64,000 nt of DNA. It comes from Patescibacteria group bacterium UBA3466. Lineage in GTDB: Bacteria; Patescibacteriota; Minisyncoccia; Phycocordibacterales; UBA918. The translations under genes were made by a program, and so were the position numbers. The stretch spans positions 329,677 to 393,676 of the forward strand of contig DFRJ01000002.1 of NCBI GenBank assembly GCA_002378195.1, in the 5' to 3' direction. Positions 59,006 to 64,000 of the stretch are shown one piece after another. Positions within the stretch are counted from its first letter, which is position 1. The number at the start of each line of letters is the position of its first letter. The notes under the pieces were generated by a model. The model was not told the DNA's origin and did not search any database. It worked only from the letters and a program-made list of their open reading frames with translations.

Positions 59006-60013
59006 GTGCCAACCAGGAGCTTTGTAATTAGATTTATTTATATACTCACTCTCGCCCTAACTATCGCTGTGGTAGTTGGTCTGGTTTTTATTCTGCAAAG
59101 CAAGGAGAAAGTTTTCCATAACGCGGAGCCAATTTCTACACCCGAAGATTCTACAGAACCTTTTCCAGTATCAATTGATATAGAAGCTAAAAAAATTATC
59201 GAAAACCCAGTAGTGGACAGTTTTTACATGGACACTCTCGCCAACCGACCCGAATCAACTGACCGCTGGTGGAATCAAGTGGCGGCTGTTTTTTCTAGCT
59301 ATAGTTGGTACCAAAACTTGGCTTCACCAGTGAGTCGAATCATCGTTATTTGGCCAGGAGAAAGAAAGGAAGAGTCAGTCAATAATATTGCCAAAATCCT
59401 GAATTGGGACCAGGCAGATAAAGACAACTTTAAGCAACAGGTTGATTCAAGCGAACCTGTCATGCGCGATGGTAAGTATTATCCTGGCCAGTATGTAATC
59501 CACAAAGACGCCACCCCGGCAGAGGTACACGAACTCATCAGGAAGGCTTTCGAAACTCAAATTCTAGAACGATACACAGAAGAAGTGGAGGAAATCGTAC
59601 CCCTTGAAGACGCTCTCATTATTGCTTCTCTCTTGGAGCGCGAGGCCAGTGATTTTGAAAACATGAGAGAGGTGTCAGGAGTAATATGGAATCGCTTATT
59701 TATTGATATGCCCCTGCAGCTAGACGCCACCTTACAGTATGTGAGAGGTAGCAAGTCGTACGAACCAGCTTGGTGGCCTATTCCTAGACCAAAAGATAAG
59801 TACCTCGACTCCCCTTTCAATACCTACCTGAACGAGGGTTTGCCCCCTGCCCCAATCGCGAACCCATCCTCTGAGGCTGTATTAGCAGCCCTAAACCCGG
59901 TTGCTACTGATTGCCTTTACTATTTCCACACTTCCGACGGTGGCTACCACTGCTCCCCTTCTTACGAAGAACATGTAAGCAAATTGCGCTCTATCTACGG
60001 ACGCGGATCTTAA
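59006..60013 (+). CDS. mltG: Endolytic transglycosylase MltG
   Basis: IIASLLEREA, VIWNRL..MPLQLDAT, SPFNTY..GLPPAPIANPS, LYYF. Confidence 0.92.
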   Translation: MPTRSFVIRFIYILTLALTIAVVVGLVFILQSKEKVFHNAEPISTPEDSTEPFPVSIDIEAKKIIENPVVDSFYMDTLANRPESTDRWWNQVAAVFSSYSWYQNLASPVSRIIVIWPGERKEESVNNIAKILNWDQADKDNFKQQVDSSEPVMRDGKYYPGQYVIHKDATPAEVHELIRKAFETQILERYTEEVEEIVPLEDALIIASLLEREASDFENMREVSGVIWNRLFIDMPLQLDATLQYVRGSKSYEPAWWPIPRPKDKYLDSPFNTYLNEGLPPAPIANPSSEAVLAALNPVATDCLYYFHTSDGGYHCSPSYEEHVSKLRSIYGRGS

Positions 60014-60558
60014 GACAACGGACAAACCAAAGGATCATTAATCTTTTTTGCTAAATATCTAATCGCCAAGGACAGCGAAAAAATCCCAACTAATCCAAAC
60101 TCCAGTCCATGAAGTGGCAAAAAAGTTAGCACGGCACCAGCGCCAGCCAAGCCAAACACAGCTGTCAAAACCACCGAGCCACAAGCAGCACAGCCAATTC
60201 CCAAAAAAGCGCTCACAGCTCCACCAATACTAGCTATCTGAGCTTTCTTCTCAGTCACTGGTCCCTGACGCCGACGTATGTAATAAACCAAAAGCGCAAT
60301 GTTCAAACCAAACAGCAGCGCAACGACTATTAAGTATGCGGCCGACCATACGGTAAAGTTTGTCTTGAGAGAACCATATAAACTCAAGAAGAACGACCCT
60401 TTATCCAGCCAGCCTATTGCGTCAGAAGTCAGTATTTGTTGTATCAGTCCGATATTGGGCAGCAAAAGAGCTGCGCTCACTACCATGAACGCAACTCCAA
60501 CTACCACAAAACTATAGCGCCTATGTCTGAATACTCTAGCGAGAACAGACAACAACAT
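60010..60558 (-). CDS. Four-TM membrane protein with CxxC (GCAACG)
   Basis: TM helices; LGIGCAACGS; C-terminal Cys; begins 2 nt after the DsbA gene. Confidence 0.75.
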   Translation of the reverse strand: MLLSVLARVFRHRRYSFVVVGVAFMVVSAALLLPNIGLIQQILTSDAIGWLDKGSFFLSLYGSLKTNFTVWSAAYLIVVALLFGLNIALLVYYIRRRQGPVTEKKAQIASIGGAVSAFLGIGCAACGSVVLTAVFGLAGAGAVLTFLPLHGLEFGLVGIFSLSLAIRYLAKKINDPLVCPLS

Positions 60559-60560
60559 GA

Positions 60561-61352
60561 TTAACCTTCGTTTCTGGCCACTTCAATCAGTTGCTCAACC
60601 GCTGTCTTAGGTAGCGCACCATTTACTGGATAAGTCTTTCCACTAGGACCAATGATGATACTCCACGGAGTACCACGACCACCAGTTTCGACTGCATTGT
60701 TTAAATCAGCTTCTATGTCTTCAGCTTTCTCCTGATTATTAAAGCACTCGTCATATACTGCTCCAGCTGCTCCAGCTTCTCTTACCAAATCACCTATTAG
60801 CGTTGCATGAGCAGTCTGATCTCCGGCTCCCCGAGCAGCAAAATAACCGTCAGTAAAGGACCAGAAGCCTGTTGGACCGGCTACCTTAGCTACACACTCA
60901 GAAGCCAGAGCCACGGCAGCTGCCTGCGGGTGTAGTTGCTCAAGTGGGAAATGACGATAAACCCACGCCACATCATTATTTTCAGCAACAATCTCATTCA
61001 TTACATCGTGGTATCGACTACAAAACGGGCAATCAAAGTCAGAATACTCAACAATCACAATAGCAGCATCACGATCTCCTTTGATGTGGTCATTTTCATC
61101 CACTGGAGAAACCTTATTGGTAGTATCCACTTCCTCCACCTCAGCAACCGCATCAGTTGGATCAGTGACTGGCTGAGCAAGATTCTGTGTGCCTCCACCA
61201 CCAAAGTACAGTCCTGCTCCGACAAATATTCCCGCGATTATTATTGAAAGTGGAATTAAAAAATCTTTAACTGTAGTACCAGCGGGCACTGCTGCTGAGA
61301 TTGGTTGGCTGGTAGTCGGTACATTTTGCTCAGTTTGATTTTGGTCTGTCAT
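60561..61352 (-). CDS. DsbA-family thioredoxin (CPFC)
   Basis: EYSDFDCPFC, YRHFPL, GRGTP. Confidence 0.9.
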   Translation of the reverse strand: MTDQNQTEQNVPTTSQPISAAVPAGTTVKDFLIPLSIIIAGIFVGAGLYFGGGGTQNLAQPVTDPTDAVAEVEEVDTTNKVSPVDENDHIKGDRDAAIVIVEYSDFDCPFCSRYHDVMNEIVAENNDVAWVYRHFPLEQLHPQAAAVALASECVAKVAGPTGFWSFTDGYFAARGAGDQTAHATLIGDLVREAGAAGAVYDECFNNQEKAEDIEADLNNAVETGGRGTPWSIIIGPSGKTYPVNGALPKTAVEQLIEVARNEG

Positions 61353-61447
61353 GTTAGTCTCTCTAAAATAATAATTTTTTATAAGTATACATCCTATTAC
61401 GCTGGTTCTCTACAATGATTTCAACTACTGTCATTAACTGTAAATAA

Positions 61448-62446
61448 TCATCTCAACCGTCGACTCATTTTTTCTTTCTGAATAGCTGCATACTTTTGCT
61501 GTTGGCGCTTCTGGTTGTGCGCGTAATGTCTGCCAGCCTCAGATGTATCTTTGCTGTCTTGATAATCTTGCTCCCGCAAAATTTTATGATAATTATCCAA
61601 CTCCCTCTCAGTTAAATCGCCAGTTTCCAGCGCTTCCAATACAGCACAGCCGGCACTTTTTTCATGGTCACAGTTTCTAAACTTACACCTCGCTGCGATT
61701 TCATCAATTTTATTAAAAACCTCGGCTTCTTTCTGGTCATCGTTATCAATCACACCAAGCTCTCTCATACCTGGTGTATCAATGATAAAACCACCGCTTG
61801 GTAGTGCAAATAATTGTCTTGAGGTGGTGGTGTGCCGCCCCTTATTATCGTCAGAGCGGGTTGCTTGCACAGCCTGCACATCAGCCTGCAGCAACCAGTT
61901 GGTTATGGTAGATTTACCGGCACCAGATGAACCAAGCAAGACAGCCGTCTTGCCCTCTGCCACATAACCACGCAACGCGGCCATATTTTCACCGTTAGTT
62001 GCAGACACGACCTCTACGTTTATGTCACCGGCCACCGCTTCTACTTCTCTTATTTTCTGTTCCAAATCATCTGCGATGTCAGCCTTATTCAAGACTATCA
62101 CCGCTTCAATACCACTCTGAGCAGCTAGCAATAAATAGCGCTCTAGTCGATTGATGCTGTAGTCGCCATCCAGACCAAGGACAACAAAAATTACATCGAC
62201 GTTTGCTGCAATAATTTGCTCTTCATCTGAATCGGCAGCTTTGCGCTTAATTACGCTTCGCCGATTAACAACCTCTTCGATAACCGCTTTCCCGTCATCT
62301 AATACTTCTAGCAAAACAAAATCACCCACCTTAGGAAAATCTCCTTCGGCATGGAAATTTCCCCGCACCGTAGCTATCAGCTCATCAGCCTCTGTCTTGA
62401 CCACAAAGTTAGTACGATGCACCTCAGTTATTCGACCAACAGTCAT
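61448..62446 (-). CDS. rsgA: Ribosome small subunit-dependent GTPase RsgA
   Basis: NKAD, GSSGAGKST, GRHTTT, DTPG, CKFRNCDH..C zinc finger. Confidence 0.95.
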   Translation of the reverse strand: MTVGRITEVHRTNFVVKTEADELIATVRGNFHAEGDFPKVGDFVLLEVLDDGKAVIEEVVNRRSVIKRKAADSDEEQIIAANVDVIFVVLGLDGDYSINRLERYLLLAAQSGIEAVIVLNKADIADDLEQKIREVEAVAGDINVEVVSATNGENMAALRGYVAEGKTAVLLGSSGAGKSTITNWLLQADVQAVQATRSDDNKGRHTTTSRQLFALPSGGFIIDTPGMRELGVIDNDDQKEAEVFNKIDEIAARCKFRNCDHEKSAGCAVLEALETGDLTERELDNYHKILREQDYQDSKDTSEAGRHYAHNQKRQQQKYAAIQKEKMSRRLR

Positions 62447-62458
62447 AAAAAGATTTTA

Positions 62459-64000
62459 TTACATCTCATCGACTGTTTCTACACCGATTAGTCCAAAGCC
62501 ATTCTTTAAAGTTATTGCGACAGCTTGCACCAAAGCCAGCTTGTATGACTCATTATCAGACCCATCCAAAATCGCTTCTTTGGCATACCAGCTATTGAAC
62601 TCATGACACAGTGCAAGCAGGTACTGAGAAACATGATGTATAGACAGATCTTTAACCGAATCCAAAACTGATTGCTCAAAATACAACAAAGTTCTCAAAA
62701 GATCAGCCTCCTGTCCCAGACTAGAAGGTGGGGTTGGTAGGCCGGCGCCTGCGGCGCCGGCCTTCCGCAAGATCGACTGAGTACGTACGTACGTGTACAT
62801 CACATACATTCCAGAATCCCCCTGCACATCGACTGACTCCTCAATATCAAACGCCACATCGAGCTTGCTGTCAGACTTCAAGAAAGCAAATTTTACCGCC
62901 GCTAGCGCTAGCTTTTCAGCTAACTCAGTTTCATTAGCCAGATCAGCTCGCTTGCTCTCACTAAACCTCTCCGCAACTGACCGTTTCACCTCATCAATTA
63001 CTTCATCTGCAAACAATACCGTACCAGCTCTTGATGACATCTTTTTAAATGAACCATTTTCATCCTTAAGTCCTACATAGCCATAAGCAATATGAGAAAA
63101 ATCTTTCCGATCACCAATTTCCAACTGCTCACAAACCGCGAACAGTTGTCGCATATGTAGAGTCTGATCCGGACCAACCACCCAAACCAACTTATCAGCT
63201 TGATACTTTTTCTTCTTCAGGTCAGTCAAGGCGATGTCTTGCGTCATATACAAAGCGGTTCCGTCATTTTTAAGCAGGACCGTATCTGATAAACCATACT
63301 TGTCTTCCAGATCAGTCAAAATGGCACCATCTTCAATTTGCTGAAAAAGATTATTGTCCAAACCTTTCTGTACGTAATTTTTACCATCCTCGTAGTGTTC
63401 ATGTTCATACCACACAAAATCCCAATGACTACCAATACGCCCTAAAGTCTGATCAATTCCGTCATAAGCAAACTGCAACACTCGCTCCCACAGCAACCAA
63501 GTGTTTTTATCATTTGACTCCCAGTCAATCACCATCTGCCGGGTAAACGCCTCCACTTCAGGGTCATTAGAGAAATCTTTTTCGGCCAGCACATAACATT
63601 CGGTCACAAACAAGTCTGGTCGCACATTCTTATCCTCTGGCAATAGCCATTCATCCTGATGTTCGGCCCAGTAACCAATGTCAGTTGGTGCCTCTGGATT
63701 CTTCTTCATGTGTGCCAAGTAACCGTACATATTCTTAGCAATCGCTATACCGCGATTATTGTACACACCATCAGCCACCACCTTGGCTCCCGACGCTTTT
63801 AGCAGTCGAACCAAACTCATACCCACCAAGCTGTTTCGTAGGTGACCAACGTGCATAGCTTTATTAGGATTTGGTGAACTATGCTCAACTACCCAGTTCA
63901 CTCCAGCCTGCGTGGTGTTAGCACCAAAATTTTCACCCAATTCAATAATGCCAAGTGCGTGTTGCACCTTAGCCTCTGCAGTTAAGTAGAAGTTAACAAA
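62459..64000 (-). CDS. argS: Arginine--tRNA ligase, 5' end beyond the window
   Basis: FVNFYL, EHSSPNPNKAMHVGHLRN (HIGH), KMSSRAG, YVMYTYVR; frame open to the window edge. Confidence 0.95.
   Translation of the reverse strand, partial: FVNFYLTAEAKVQHALGIIELGENFGANTTQAGVNWVVEHSSPNPNKAMHVGHLRNSLVGMSLVRLLKASGAKVVADGVYNNRGIAIAKNMYGYLAHMKKNPEAPTDIGYWAEHQDEWLLPEDKNVRPDLFVTECYVLAEKDFSNDPEVEAFTRQMVIDWESNDKNTWLLWERVLQFAYDGIDQTLGRIGSHWDFVWYEHEHYEDGKNYVQKGLDNNLFQQIEDGAILTDLEDKYGLSDTVLLKNDGTALYMTQDIALTDLKKKKYQADKLVWVVGPDQTLHMRQLFAVCEQLEIGDRKDFSHIAYGYVGLKDENGSFKKMSSRAGTVLFADEVIDEVKRSVAERFSESKRADLANETELAEKLALAAVKFAFLKSDSKLDVAFDIEESVDVQGDSGMYVMYTYVRTQSILRKAGAAGAGLPTPPSSLGQEADLLRTLLYFEQSVLDSVKDLSIHHVSQYLLALCHEFNSWYAKEAILDGSDNESYKLALVQAVAITLKNGFGLIGVETVDEM
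62739..62763. repeat. Palindromic repeat embedded in-frame in argS
   Basis: AGGCCGGCGCC-TGC-GGCGCCGGCCT, encoding KAGAAGAGL; core identical to 27145..27167. Confidence 0.8.

Noticed and set aside
62781-62798. (GTAC)n short tandem repeat in argS
   Set aside because: It encodes the conserved MYTYVR motif; coincidental.

Overview
Gene-dense, mostly minus-strand bacterial chromosome segment read with the standard code 11. Gene content and style (short AT-rich intergenic regions, many apparently leaderless genes, cohesin/dockerin surface proteins, many ORFans) suggest a Patescibacteria/CPR (Parcubacteria-like) genome; this is inference. Housekeeping genes: typA, groES/groEL, secG, rnj, lemA/htpX, rsgA, argS (partial), mltG, dgkA, two DsbA proteins, a P-type ATPase, umuD/umuC, an ECF sigma factor and tRNA-Ser(GGA). 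Most notable: (1) a 1-7.4 kb surface-assembly cluster combining a WxL/pilin-like subunit with a structured leader, a membrane-anchored DUF916/PapD-like partner, a paralogous dockerin-tailed subunit and a membrane-anchored cohesin; (2) three tandem ORFans sharing a sigma70 promoter layout and a covarying SD-sequestering RNA hairpin; (3) a GC-rich orphan gene that looks like a DGR variable target next to tRNA-Ser; (4) two tiny direct-repeat-bounded insertions (at tRNA-Ser and the GH1 gene start) sharing a TGGGGT-N7-TCTGGGAGA-N7/10-ACCGTG hairpin; (5) a family of near-perfect palindromes with C-GNA-G triloops, one inserted in-frame in argS. No integrase, transposase, reverse transcriptase, rRNA or CRISPR array was seen.
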